Below are positions 26,136-36,181 of a stretch of 64,000 nucleotides of DNA, in pieces; the first letter of the stretch is position 1; each line of letters starts with the position of its first letter. The DNA is from Candidatus Aminicenantes bacterium. Its GTDB lineage: Bacteria > Acidobacteriota > Aminicenantia > Aminicenantales > JAFGBC01. Where the stretch lies: assembly GCA_963702005.1 (NCBI GenBank), contig OY969696.1, forward strand, positions 3,647,692-3,711,691. The letters run 5' to 3'. The notes under the pieces were generated by a model. It was given only the letters and a program-made list of their open reading frames with translations. It was not told where the DNA came from and did not search any database. The translations under genes were made by a program, and so were the position numbers.

Positions 26136-29100
26136 TCTCCTTTTAAAATTTGGGGGACTTCGATGCCCCAGGGAAGGATTTTATCCTTCTCCTCCCGTTC
26201 GAGCTCGACGTTGAGGCAGAGGCTCTGGAGCTCCCGGATGAGGACGTTGACGGATTCGGGGAGGCCGGGCGTGAATTCGAGATCGCCCTTGACGATGGCT
26301 TCGTAGATCTTGGCCCGCCCGTCGACGTCGTCGGACTTGACCGTTAAAAGCTCCTGGAGAGTGTAGGCGGCCCCGTAGGCCTCGAGGGCCCAGACCTCCA
26401 TCTCTCCGAAGCGCTGGCCGCCGAACTGGGCTTTGCCGCCCAGGGGCTGTTGGGTGATCAAAGAATAGGGTCCGGTCGAACGGGCGTGGATCTTGTCGTC
26501 GACGAGGTGGTAGAGCTTCATCATATAGATGTGGCCGACCGTGACCTCCTGGTCGAGGATCTCGCCGGTGACGCCGTCGTGGAGGGGCGTCTTGCCCGAG
26601 GCGGGAAGGCCCGCCTGCTTGAGGAGGTCCTTGATCTGGTGCTCGGAGATCCCGTCAAAGACCGGCGTGGAGATGAACAGACCGAGTTGCTTGGCGGCCC
26701 AGCCGAGATGGGTTTCCAGGATCTGGCCGACGTTCATTCGCGAGGGGACGCCGAGAGGATTGAGGACGATCTCCACCGGTGCCCCGTCCGGGAGCCGGGG
26801 CATGTCCTCCTCGGGGACGATCTTGGCGATGATCCCCTTGTTCCCGTGGCGGCCCGAGACCTTGTCGCCGACCGAGAGTTTCCGCTTCATGGCGATGAAG
26901 ACCTTGATGGCCTGGATGACGCCGGGGGCGAGCTCGTCCCCCTTGCGGAGGTTGTCGATCTTATCCTTGTGGAGGAGACGGAGGGCCTCGATCTGCCGTT
27001 TGACCTTCTTCTCGAGGTCCTTGATCCGCTGGTCCCGCTCCTCGTCGTCCTTGATCTTGAGCTTGAGGAGGTCCTCGCCCTCGATCTGGTCGAGCAGGCG
27101 CTCGGTCAGCTTGGCGTCCTTGTCGAGGGTCAGGTTGCCGACCTTCTGGTCTTTGTCGAGGAGGGCGCCTTTGAGGATGGCCCGGATCCGGCGGTCCTTC
27201 TCGGTGTCCAGGATGCGGATCTCGTCGTCGAGGTTCCGCTTCATGTTGGCGATCTCGTCCTTCTCGATCTGCTTGGCCCGGACCCCCTTCTCGCTCCCCC
27301 GCCGGGAGAAGATCCGGACGTCGATGACCGTCCCTTCGACGCCGGGCGAGCAGTACAGGGAGGCGTCTTTGACGTCGAGAGCCTTCTCGCCGAAGATGGC
27401 CTTGAGGAGCTTCTCTTCGGGCGAAAGCTGGGTCTCGCCCTTGGGCGCGACCTTGCCGACCAGGATGTCGCCGGACTTGACGTGGGCCCCGATCCGGACG
27501 ATACCGTTCTCGTCGAGGTTGCGGAGCAGGTTCTCGGGGACGTTGGGGATGTCCCGGGTGATCTCCTCGGGGCCGAGCTTGGTGTCGCGGGCTTCGATCG
27601 TCTCCTCGACGATGTGGAGGGAGGTGAAGATGTCGTTCTTGATCAGCCGCTCGCTGACGATGATGGCGTCCTCGAAGTTGTAGCCGCGCCAGGGCATGAA
27701 GGCGCACAGGACGTTCCGGCCCAGCGAGAGTTCGCCCTTATCCGTGCAGGTGCTGTCGGCCAGGATTTGACCCTTGACGACCTTGTCGCCCTTGCGCACG
27801 ATCGGGCGGTGGCTGAGGCAGGTGTTCTGATTCGTGCGCAAGAACTTGATCAGGAGGTAGAAGTCCGTCCCGACGTCGTACTCGCGGTAGTTTTCCTTCT
27901 CGTCGACCCGGACCAAGATCCGCTCGGCGTCGACGAACTCGACGACGCCGGACCGCCTGCAGACGATGACGTCCCCGGAGCCCTTGGCGACCAGGTGCTC
28001 GATCCCGGTCCCGACCAGGGGCGCCTCGGGCCGGAGCAGGGGGACGGCCTGGCGCTGCATGTTGGACCCCATCAGGGCCCGGTTCGCGTCGTCGTGCTCG
28101 AGAAACGGGATGAGGGCGGCCGAGAGCGAGACGAGCTGCTTGGGCGAGACGTCGATATAGTTGATCTGCTCGCGGGAGATCTGCTTGAAGTTCCCCTTCT
28201 GACGGGCACTGACGAATTCGGCCGTGAACCGGCCGTCCTCGTCGACGGCCGCGTTGGCCTGGGCGATGTTGTACTTTTCCTCCTCCCAAGCCGTCAGGTA
28301 GAAGCAGTAGGCCTCGGCGACGGGGAAATGGCGGACGTTGGCCCGCTTGAGCTTCTGGAACTCGCGGCTGTAGGCGTCCTTCTCGACGATGTCGCCGACC
28401 TTGTATTCGCTGTCGCCGGGATGCTGGATTTGGATATAGTCGATGATCCGGCCGTCCTTGGCCTTCCGGTAGGGCGTCTCGACGAAGCCGAAGTCGTTGA
28501 CGCGGGCGAAGCAGCTCAAGGACGAGATGAGGCCGATGTTGGGGCCTTCGGGCGTCTCGACCGGGCAGATGCGGCCGTAGTGGGAGGTCTGGATGTCGCG
28601 GACCTCGAACCCGGCCCGCTCCCGGCTCAGGCCGCCCGGGCCGAGGGCGCTCAGGCGCCGCTTGTGGGTGATCTCGGCCAGGCTGTTGATCTGGTCCATG
28701 AACTGCGAGAGCTGGGAGCTGCCGAAGAATTCCTTGAGGGCGGCGATGACCGGTTTGGAGTTGATGAGGTCCTGGGGCATGGCCGAAGCCAGGTCCGGGG
28801 TCACCGTCATCTTCTCCTTGATCGTCCGCTCCATCCGGGTCAGTCCGATCCGGAAGGCGTTCTCGACCAACTCGCCGACCGAGCGGACCCGGCGGTTGCC
28901 CAAATGATCGATGTCGTCGGTCTCGCCCTCGCCGTTGCGGAGACGGAGGAGGTACTTGAGGACCTCGACGTAGTCGAGAGGGGCCAGGACCTTGTCGTCG
29001 AGGGAGGTCTGGAGGCCGAGCTTGATGTTCATCTTGAGACGGCCGATCCGGGAGAAGTTGAACTTCTGGGGGTTGAAGAACAGGTTGTGGAAGAGGGTGT

Positions 29101-30412
29101 GGGCGCTCTCCAGGGTGTGCGGCTCGCCCGGACGGAGCTTCCGGTAGATCTCGGCCAGGGCCTGGTTGGTGTCCTTGCGGAGGTCCTTCCTGAGGGTCGC
29201 GGCGATGATCGGCCCGGCCGGGTCCTGCTCGGGGAAGTAGACCTCGAACGGCTCGCCCTTCTCGGCCAGGGCGGCGATCTGGGCTTCGTCGAGGTCCTCG
29301 CCGGTCTTCGCCTTGGCCTTGACCGGGGCCAGGCTGAAGGCGCCGACCAGCTCCTTCTTGACCAGCGGGACCTTGCTGATCCCGTGGTCTTTGAGCTTCT
29401 GATAACTTTCCTCGGTCAGCTTTTTCTTGCCGGGGGCCAGGAGGGACCGGGACCGGCTCGATTCGACATCCTCGGCGACGGTCTTGCCGATGACGTGCTC
29501 ACCGAGCTCCCAATACAGCGTCCCCTCCTCGGGGATGACCTTATAGACTTTGTAGAATAGGCGGATGATATCCTCGTCCGAGCCGAAGCCGAGGGCGCGC
29601 AGGAATACGGTCGCCAGGAATTTCTTCTTCCGGTCGAGCCGGACCCAGAGGGCGTTCTTGACGTCGTATTCGAACTCGACCCAGGCCCCCCGGTAGGGGA
29701 TGATCTTGGCGATGAAAAAGCCCTTGGCCTCGGCCGGCCGGAAGAAGACGCCGGGCGAACGCTGGAGCTGGGAGACGACGGTCCGCTCGATCCCGTTGAA
29801 GATGAAGGTGCCCTTGTCGGACATGAGCGGGATGTCGCCGAAATAGACCTCCTGTTCCTTGATGTGCCTGAGGCGCTTGCTCTTGGTCGCGGCGTCCTTC
29901 TCCCAGGAGACGAGCCGGACCTTGATCCGGAGCGGGACGGCGTAGGTGTACCCCTTTTGGATGCACTCGGTCGGCGTGTATTTCATCTTGAGGGAAACGC
30001 GGTCCCCGCAGTGGTCGCAGACGGGGATTTCGATCTTGCGGGCGGCGCCGCAGTAGGGGCAGACTTCCTTCTCGGTCAGCTCGACCTCCGAGGGGAGCAG
30101 GGTCCCGCAGCCGTTGCAGCGGGCCCGGGCGTTCTCGACGCCCTTGAGCCGTCCGCACTTGCACTCCCAGTTGCCGATCGAGTAGCTGACGAAGTCGAGT
30201 TGGGTCGTTTCCTTGAAGTCGGAGATCGGGTAGACGTCCTTGAAGGCCGACTGGAGGCCGGTGTCCTTCCGCTCCTCCGGAAGGCGGTCCATCTGGAGGA
30301 ATTCGGCGTAGGACTGCTTCTGGATGGCCAGCATGTCGGGCATCGGAAAGACAGCCTTGATCCTCGAGAAATCGACCCTGTCCAGATAGATATTTTTAGA
30401 TTCGTTGAGCAT
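26132..30412 (-). CDS. rpoB: DNA-directed RNA polymerase beta subunit, probable start MLNESKN… (alternative upstream ATG at 30454). Carries a ~65-aa Cys-rich insertion near residue 84.
   Basis: Rif-region, fork loop and C-terminal beta motifs. The stop abuts the rpoC start. Confidence 0.95.
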
Positions 30413-30510
30413 CGTCCCTCTCGATAAAAACAATTCCCTTGCGCGATCCGGCACGCCTCATGCTCGGATCCGACTTCTCTCCCGGGCCCTAAGTCCCGGA
30501 ACGACCGGGC

Positions 30511-30906
30511 TCACTGGATCTCGACGACCGCGCCGACTTCGGCGAACTTGGCCTTGATGGCTTCGGCCTCGTCCTTGGCGATCTTTTCCTTGAGCGGCTT
30601 GGGAACGGCGTCGACGAGATCCTTGGCCTCCTTGAGGCCGAGGCTGGTGACCTCGCGGACGACCTTGATGACGTTGATCTTTTTGTCCCCGACATCCTTG
30701 AGGATGACGGCAAACTCGGTCTTGACCTCTTCGGTCTTGGCTTCGCCCGGGGCGGCGGCGGCGCCCAGCACGGCCATCGGCACGGCTGCGGCGGCGCTGA
30801 TGCCGTAGCGTGTCTCGAATTCCTTGATGTAGTCGGCAAGTTCGAGAACGGTCAGCTGATCCAGGTGCTCGAAGAACTGTTCCTTGCTGAGTTTTTCTTT
30901 GGACAT
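30511..30906 (-). CDS. rplL: 50S ribosomal protein L7/L12 (start at [11 protein letters not shown]…)
   Basis: Ala-rich hinge and C-terminal domain (…[15 protein letters not shown]…). Confidence 0.93.
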   Translation of the reverse strand: MSKEKLSKEQFFEHLDQLTVLELADYIKEFETRYGISAAAAVPMAVLGAAAAPGEAKTEEVKTEFAVILKDVGDKKINVIKVVREVTSLGLKEAKDLVDAVPKPLKEKIAKDEAEAIKAKFAEVGAVVEIQ

Positions 30907-30920
30907 GTTTACCTCCAACC

Positions 30921-31433
30921 CTATTTTTGGTTTTTAAGTTGAGACAACAACCTGCCCATGCCGGAGAGGGGGGCTTGCCAGGTCGTTTGGAATTGACGGA
31001 GCGGATAGGCCAGCAGATAGCCGAGTTTGCCCAGGAGATCGTTGCGGGAGTTAAGCCGGGACAGCTCGGCGAACCGGTCGGCGCTCAGATAAATGCCCTC
31101 GACGACGCCGGCCTTGACGGTCAGCGTCTTGGCCTGGGCCGCGAATTCGCGGAGGATCCGGGCCAGCCCGATCGGATTGTGATCGGCGAAGGCGATCGCC
31201 GAAGGCCGGACGAAGAACGGCTTAATGTCGGCCGGGATGGCGGCCGGCAGCGCCCGCAGGGCGATCCGGTTCTTGACGACCTTGTAGGTATAGGCGTTCT
31301 TCCTGAGCAGCTTGCGGAGCTCGACGGACTGGGCGACGGGCATCTTCTTGAATTCGAGCAGGAAGAAGGTATCGTTGGCCTTGAAGTGGCCGGCCAGATG
31401 ATCGGCGGTTGCGAGCTTCGTTTCGCGCTTCAC
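30921..31433 (-). CDS. rplJ: 50S ribosomal protein L10
   Basis: 170-aa L10 family sequence. Confidence 0.93.
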   Translation of the reverse strand: MKRETKLATADHLAGHFKANDTFFLLEFKKMPVAQSVELRKLLRKNAYTYKVVKNRIALRALPAAIPADIKPFFVRPSAIAFADHNPIGLARILREFAAQAKTLTVKAGVVEGIYLSADRFAELSRLNSRNDLLGKLGYLLAYPLRQFQTTWQAPLSGMGRLLSQLKNQK

Positions 31434-32140
31434 TTCGATTTCTCCTCTTTCTCCAGGACGGCCTCGGACAGCCGGAAGGACGGCCCCATCGTCGAGGACA
31501 CCGACATCGACCGGATGTACTTCCCCTTGGCGGCCGCCGGCTTGGCGTGAACGATGGCCTGAAGGAAGGAGTGGATGTTCTCGGCCAGCTTGTCCTCGCT
31601 GAACGAGACCTTCCCGACCGGCGAGTGGACGATGCTCGTCTTGTCGACCCGGAACTCGATCTTGCCGGTCTTGGTCTCCTCGACGGCCTTCTTGACGTCG
31701 AAGGTGACCGTCCCGGCCTTGGGGTTGGGCATCAGGCCCTTGGTCCCCAGGATGCGGCCCAGCTTGCCGACCCCGCGCATGACGTCCGGGGTGGCGATGA
31801 CGACGTCGAAGTCGATCCAGCCCCCGGCGATCTTTTCGATCATGTCGTCGCCGCCCGCGAAGTCGGCGCCGGCCTGCTCGGCCTCCTTGATCTTCTCGCC
31901 CGAGGCGATGACGCAGATCTTTTTGGTCCGGCCCGTCCCGTGGGGAAGGACCATCGTCCCCCGGACCATCTGGTCGGAATACTTGGGGTTGACCCCGAGC
32001 CGGAGGGAGAGGTCGACCGATTCGTCGAACTTGACGTAGGCGGCCTTCTTAAGGAGGGCGACCGCCTCTTCGACGGAGTACTCCTTGTTCTCCTCCTTGA
32101 GGGTCCTGGCTTGGGTGTACTTCTTTCCTCGTTTAGTCAC
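31430..32140 (-). CDS. rplA: 50S ribosomal protein L1
   Basis: 236-aa L1 family sequence. Confidence 0.95.
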   Translation of the reverse strand: MTKRGKKYTQARTLKEENKEYSVEEAVALLKKAAYVKFDESVDLSLRLGVNPKYSDQMVRGTMVLPHGTGRTKKICVIASGEKIKEAEQAGADFAGGDDMIEKIAGGWIDFDVVIATPDVMRGVGKLGRILGTKGLMPNPKAGTVTFDVKKAVEETKTGKIEFRVDKTSIVHSPVGKVSFSEDKLAENIHSFLQAIVHAKPAAAKGKYIRSMSVSSTMGPSFRLSEAVLEKEEKSK

Positions 32141-32564
32141 TGACGATCTCCAATCCCATGTTCTTGGCGGTCCCTTCGATGATCTTCCTGGCCGCCTCCA
32201 GGTCGTAGGCGTTGAGGTCGGCCAGCTTGAGGCGGGCGATCTCCTCCACCTGCTTGACGGTGACCTTCCCGACCTTGTCCTTGTTGGGGGCGCCCGATCC
32301 CTTGGCGATCCCGGCCGCCTTTTTAAGAAGGTAGGAGGCCGGAGGGGTCTTGAGGGCGAACTGGAATTTCTTGTCCTTGAAAATGGTGATGATGACGGGG
32401 ATGACCATCCCCTCTTCCATGCCGCGCGTCTTTTCGTTGAACTGGCGGACGAAATCCATGATGTTGACGCCGTGCTGGCCGAGGGCCGGGCCGACCGGGG
32501 GGGCCGGGCTGGCCTGGCCGGCCACGATCTGGAGCTTGATCTTGGCGACGATTTCCTTGGACAT
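32133..32564 (-). CDS. rplK: 50S ribosomal protein L11
   Basis: …[15 protein letters not shown]…. Confidence 0.95.
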   Translation of the reverse strand: MSKEIVAKIKLQIVAGQASPAPPVGPALGQHGVNIMDFVRQFNEKTRGMEEGMVIPVIITIFKDKKFQFALKTPPASYLLKKAAGIAKGSGAPNKDKVGKVTVKQVEEIARLKLADLNAYDLEAARKIIEGTAKNMGLEIVSD

Positions 32565-32573
32565 CGGTTCCTC

Positions 32574-33110
32574 CTAAATCTTTTCGACCTGCAGGAATTC
32601 GAGCTCGACCGGGGTCGACCGGCCGAAGATCGTGACCAGGACCTTGAGGGTGTTCTTCTCGTGGTTGACGTCCTCGACGAGTCCGTTGAAGTTGAAGAAG
32701 GGGCCGTCGATGATCCGGACGGCTTCCCCTTTCTCGAAGGAGTGCTTGGGCTTGGGCTTCTCCGAGGTCGTCTCCATGTGCTTGACGATCTGGTTGACCT
32801 CGTCCTTGGCCAGGGGCGAGGGCTTCTTGCCCGAGCCGACGAACCCGGTGACCTTGGGCGTCTCCCGGATGATGAGCCAGTTCTCGTCGGTCAGGTCCAT
32901 CTCGACCAGGATGTAGCCCGGGTAGGCCCGCTTGGTCGTCACGACCTTCTTGCCGCCCCGGATCTCGACGACGTCCTCGGTGGGGATGATGATCTCGCCG
33001 ATCTGGTCCTGGATGCTCATCTCGGCCGCCCGCTCCTTGATGGAATCCCGCACGAACTTTTCAAACCCGGAGTAGGTGTGGACGATATACCAGTTCTTGG
33101 CCATGTTCAT
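32574..33110 (-). CDS. nusG: Transcription termination/antitermination factor NusG
   Basis: NGN domain ([11 protein letters not shown]) plus a C-terminal KOW domain. Confidence 0.95.
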   Translation of the reverse strand: MNMAKNWYIVHTYSGFEKFVRDSIKERAAEMSIQDQIGEIIIPTEDVVEIRGGKKVVTTKRAYPGYILVEMDLTDENWLIIRETPKVTGFVGSGKKPSPLAKDEVNQIVKHMETTSEKPKPKHSFEKGEAVRIIDGPFFNFNGLVEDVNHEKNTLKVLVTIFGRSTPVELEFLQVEKI

Positions 33111-33117
33111 GTTCCGG

Positions 33118-33330
33118 CTATCCCAGGAAGGCTTTGACCTTGGTCAGGGCCCAGGACGACAGGGCGTCCATCAGGAACAGGTAGATCCCAAAAAAGAGCG
33201 TGGCCAGGATGACGACGATGGTCGTGCTGTAGACCTCGCTCCGCGAGGGCCAGGTGACTTTCTTGAGCTCGGCCCGAACGTCCTTGAGAAAGCCGACGAA
33301 CCGCCGATACCATCTCTCTTTTCCGTTCAT
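33118..33330 (-). CDS. secE: Preprotein translocase subunit SecE
   Basis: 70 aa with a single C-terminal TM segment. Position upstream of nusG matches secE. Confidence 0.9.
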   Translation of the reverse strand: MNGKERWYRRFVGFLKDVRAELKKVTWPSRSEVYSTTIVVILATLFFGIYLFLMDALSSWALTKVKAFLG

Positions 33331-33374
33331 GCTGACACCTTCCCTTCCGTTTCTGCGACCGCCCCGGGGGGATA

Positions 33375-33451
33375 TGGCAGGTGAGGAGGGACTCGAACCC
33401 CCAACCTGCGGTTTTGGAGACCGCTGCTCTGGCCAGTTGAGCTACTCACCT
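33375..33451 (-). tRNA. tRNA-Trp (anticodon CCA), 3' CCA encoded
   Basis: Minus-strand read folds as a cloverleaf: acceptor stem AGGTGAG/CTCACCT, anticodon loop CTCCAAA. Confidence 0.85.
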
Positions 33452-33518
33452 GTCGTCGTTCGCGTCCTCCCATCGGGTCCGCCGTTCCTTCCCTGTCGCT
33501 CGCGCCCGCCGCCGGCCC

Positions 33519-33668
33519 TCACTTAACTTCTTTGTGGAGGGTGTGCATCCGGCAGAAGGGGCAGAACTTCTTGAGTTCCGTCTTCTCGGTCTGCTTCTTC
33601 TTGTTCCGCGTCGACGTGTAATTGCGCCGCTTGCAGTCCGAACACTGCAATGTCACGATCTCTCTCAT
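33519..33668 (-). CDS. rpmG: 50S ribosomal protein L33 (49 aa zinc ribbon; not in the ORF track)
   Basis: Hand translation: MREIVTLQCSDCKRRNYTSTRNKKKQTEKTELKKFCPFCRMHTLHKEVK*. Confidence 0.9.
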   Translation of the reverse strand: MREIVTLQCSDCKRRNYTSTRNKKKQTEKTELKKFCPFCRMHTLHKEVK

Positions 33669-33722
33669 GATGACGCCTTTCCCTGGTTTCCTTTATCTAT
33701 ATATCGCGCCTTTTATCGTCAA

Positions 33723-33795
33723 AGCCCAAGACCAGAATTGAACTGGTGACCCCGTCCTTACCAAGGACGTGCTCTACCAACTGAGCTACTTGGGC
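33723..33795 (-). tRNA. tRNA-Thr (anticodon GGT)
   Basis: Acceptor stem GCCCAAG/CTTGGGC, anticodon loop TTGGTAA, T-loop GGTTCAATTCC variant. Confidence 0.8.
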
Positions 33796-33813
33796 CCAAC
33801 CGGTGACGCCGAG

Positions 33814-33888
<75 letters not shown>

Positions 33889-33896
33889 AAAGATTA

Positions 33897-33979
33897 TGGG
33901 CAGGGAAGGATTCGAACCCTCGAAGCGTTTCCGCAGCGGGTTTACAGCCCGCCCCATTTGGCCACTCTGGAACCTGCCC
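33897..33979 (-). tRNA. tRNA-Tyr (anticodon GTA), class II with long variable arm
   Basis: Acceptor stem GGGCAGG/CCTGCCC, anticodon loop CTGTAAA, long extra arm. Confidence 0.8.
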
Positions 33980-34066
33980 AGTCTTCATCGCTCGACACCC
34001 CATACATACATCCTGAGATCACCGGCCCCGCCTTCGGCAGCGCCGGTGATCGCTCGCCTCACAGCG

Positions 34067-34139
34067 AGCCAGCGAAGGGACTCGAACCCCTGACCCGCTG
34101 ATTACAAATCAGCCGCTCTACCTGCTGAGCTACGCTGGC
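34067..34139 (-). tRNA. tRNA-Thr (anticodon TGT)
   Basis: Acceptor stem GCCAGCG/CGCTGGC, anticodon loop TTTGTAA. Confidence 0.8.
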
Positions 34140-34291
34140 ACGTCCTTAACATAGAACGAAAAAATGAAAAAGCCGACCGCCTTACGGGGGAGTGGAGTAA
34201 GAGAAAGATTCTTTGAAAACGCTCTTTCTCTCTACCAGCTCGATTTTGCGCGCGCGGTGACTATCTCAAAATGTAAAAGAGTCCTTGAGGC

Positions 34292-34320
34292 ATCCTATCT
34301 GAAATGCAAATTTTTGTCAA
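34292..34320 (-). promoter_or_regulatory. Candidate sigma-70 promoter of the tRNA/rpmG/secE-nusG transcription unit: TTGACA, 17-bp spacer, TAGGAT, about 150 nt upstream of tRNA-Thr(TGT).
   Basis: Minus-strand read: TTGACAaaaatttgcatttcagaTAGGAT. Confidence 0.35.
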
Positions 34321-34358
34321 TAGTCCGGCAAAAATAATTAAGGTCGGCGCCGGCCCCT

Positions 34359-34871
34359 TCAGAACCCCCGGCGGTCGGTCAGTCCGGGCCGGCGGGTCTT
34401 CTCCAGGACCTGGCCCAGCTGACGGTAAAAATCCACGGAGAAAATGAGATATTTGGCCTTCTGTACCAATGTCAGGTTGGCGGCCAGGAACGCCTCGAGC
34501 TCCTCGTCCTTGCCCTTAATCTGGTCCCGAAGCGTCCGGACTCGTCCGATTCCGGCCAGGATTTCGGCTTCGTCCGGAGCGGCCTTATCGGCCGCGGCCC
34601 TCAACCCCTCGATCTCGGGGCCGAGCCGGCGCTGGATGTCCAGCTTCTCCTTCTCGATGCGGTTGATGACGGGATAGATCTTCGCGCTCTGCTCCTCGGT
34701 CAGGTCCAGGGCCTGGGTCATGCGCAGGAGCCTCAGGGTCAGCAGGTTCTCGCGGAGCCGCTCCCGGTTCCGGGCCTGCGGGAAGGGCGAAGCAGCCGCC
34801 AGCGTCGCGCCGAAGGCGCAAAGGGCCAGGACCGTCAGGACCGGCCGCGGGTTGATAGCTTTCATTTTCAT
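34359..34871 (-). CDS. Periplasmic LTXXQ-motif protein (Spy/CpxP-like family) with signal peptide
   Basis: N-terminal signal peptide and two LTxxQ motifs (LTEEQ, LTLVQ). Lies downstream of a sigma/anti-sigma pair. Confidence 0.6.
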   Translation of the reverse strand: MKMKAINPRPVLTVLALCAFGATLAAASPFPQARNRERLRENLLTLRLLRMTQALDLTEEQSAKIYPVINRIEKEKLDIQRRLGPEIEGLRAAADKAAPDEAEILAGIGRVRTLRDQIKGKDEELEAFLAANLTLVQKAKYLIFSVDFYRQLGQVLEKTRRPGLTDRRGF

Positions 34872-34881
34872 GGTCAGCCTC

Positions 34882-35484
34882 CTAAGATCGTTTCTCGTTC
34901 CGGATTACGGATTCGATGCGGGCCAGATCGTCATCGCTCAAGCCCTCCCAAAACAAAGGATCGTCCGACGGCGAGCCGAGCGCCCCTTCCCCCTCCCCGC
35001 CGATCGCTTCGTCGATGGACGCCTGAAGGGCGAGGGCGAAGGAGCTTTCGAGCTCGGGATTGTCGCCGATCTCGGTCATGATGGACGCGATGGTATCTTC
35101 GAAGGAAAACACGAACGGCCCGGGGGCGGGCCGGACGGGGCGGATAAACACGAAGTAAGCGGCGAGCGCGGCGGCCGCGGCCAAGCCCACCCCGCCCCAC
35201 GCCCAAGGCCGGCGCACGAACAAGGGCAGACGGGCCGGGACCGAGGGCGGCTCCCGGCGGAGTCGCGCGGCCAAACGCGCGTCGAAGTCCCGCCAATAGG
35301 CGTCCGGCCGCTCCGCGCCGCGATTCAGCTTCGAGGCGCCGGCCTGGAGATTCTCAAGATTCAGGCGGTAGGCCCGGCAGGACGGGCAGGAAGCCAGATG
35401 TCGCGCCAGCGCCTTCTTTTGACCGGGAGTTAGGGCTCCGTCCATTTCGTCCGAGATCCAGCGCTCGATCCTCGCGCATCTCAT
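34882..35484 (-). CDS. Anti-sigma factor with a zf-HC2 (HxxxCxxC) zinc-finger N-terminal domain and one transmembrane segment
   Basis: HLASCPSCRAY motif, a central hydrophobic segment, and a 4-bp overlap with the upstream sigma gene. Confidence 0.65.
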   Translation of the reverse strand: MRCARIERWISDEMDGALTPGQKKALARHLASCPSCRAYRLNLENLQAGASKLNRGAERPDAYWRDFDARLAARLRREPPSVPARLPLFVRRPWAWGGVGLAAAAALAAYFVFIRPVRPAPGPFVFSFEDTIASIMTEIGDNPELESSFALALQASIDEAIGGEGEGALGSPSDDPLFWEGLSDDDLARIESVIRNEKRS

Positions 35485-36077
35485 GGCTTCACCTCGTTCA
35501 GGAAGGGCTTGAGTTTGGCTTGGAGCATCTTCCGGGCTTTGTGCATCCTCCAGGAGACGGTGTTCTCCGAACAGCCGAGGATCCCAGCGGCCCTGCCGTG
35601 GCTCATGCCCTGATTGACGACGAGCTGGAAGGCCGTCCGGAAAGGAAGCGGGAGTCCGCCCAAAGCTTCCGCGATCTTGACGGAGATCTCGTCCGTTTGG
35701 GAGCGAAGCTCGGGCGAGGCGACCGCCTGCGCCTGGGCGGACGGCGGCGTGTTCTCGAGGAGCTCGCTCCTCCCCTTTTCCCGGCTCCTTTTCTTGATGT
35801 GGTTCATGGTCAGATTGACGGCGATTCGGTAGATCCAGGTGTAGAAGCTCGACCCGCCCCGGAAACCGCCGATCGACCGGTAGGCCGACAGGAACGTATC
35901 CTGGGCCAGGTCGTCGGCGTCGGCGTGGTTGCGAACCAACCCGAAGATCGTCGCATAGACCCTCAGTTGGTGGCGGCGGGCGAGCTCGACGAAGGCCGCC
36001 TCCTCTCCCGCCTGGGCCTGCCGGACCAGCGCCTCCTCGGACAATCCATCCATCATGCCTTCCACCCGATTAGACAA
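35481..36077 (-). CDS. ECF-type RNA polymerase sigma factor (sigma-70 regions 2 and 4)
   Basis: …DDLAQDTFLSAYRSIGGF… (region 2) and …FQLVVNQGMSHGRAAGILGCSENTVSWRMHKARKML (region 4 HTH). Confidence 0.85.
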   Translation of the reverse strand: MSNRVEGMMDGLSEEALVRQAQAGEEAAFVELARRHQLRVYATIFGLVRNHADADDLAQDTFLSAYRSIGGFRGGSSFYTWIYRIAVNLTMNHIKKRSREKGRSELLENTPPSAQAQAVASPELRSQTDEISVKIAEALGGLPLPFRTAFQLVVNQGMSHGRAAGILGCSENTVSWRMHKARKMLQAKLKPFLNEVKP

Positions 36078-36143
36078 TCATTATACCTAATCCTTGGCCG
36101 GAGGGAAGCCGGCCGGGAAGCGCTCCTTCCGAGCGGGGCGCGC

Positions 36144-36173
36144 TTGACACTGCGCCGGGGATGCCCCTAAAAT
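36144..36173 (+). promoter_or_regulatory. Candidate sigma-70 promoter (TTGACA, 18-bp spacer, TAAAAT) for the downstream aminotransferase gene
   Basis: Read directly: TTGACActgcgccggggatgccccTAAAAT, ending about 9 nt before the ATG at 36182. Confidence 0.35.
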
Positions 36174-36181
36174 GTTTGAGC

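Noticed and set aside
30413-30510. rplL-rpoB intergenic attenuator hairpin
   Set aside because: Only a weak 5-bp stem (cccgg/ccggg) was visible. This is insufficient to call.
33534-33749. 71-aa plus-strand ORF
   Set aside because: It is the antisense of the hand-identified rpmG (L33) gene and the flanking tRNA.
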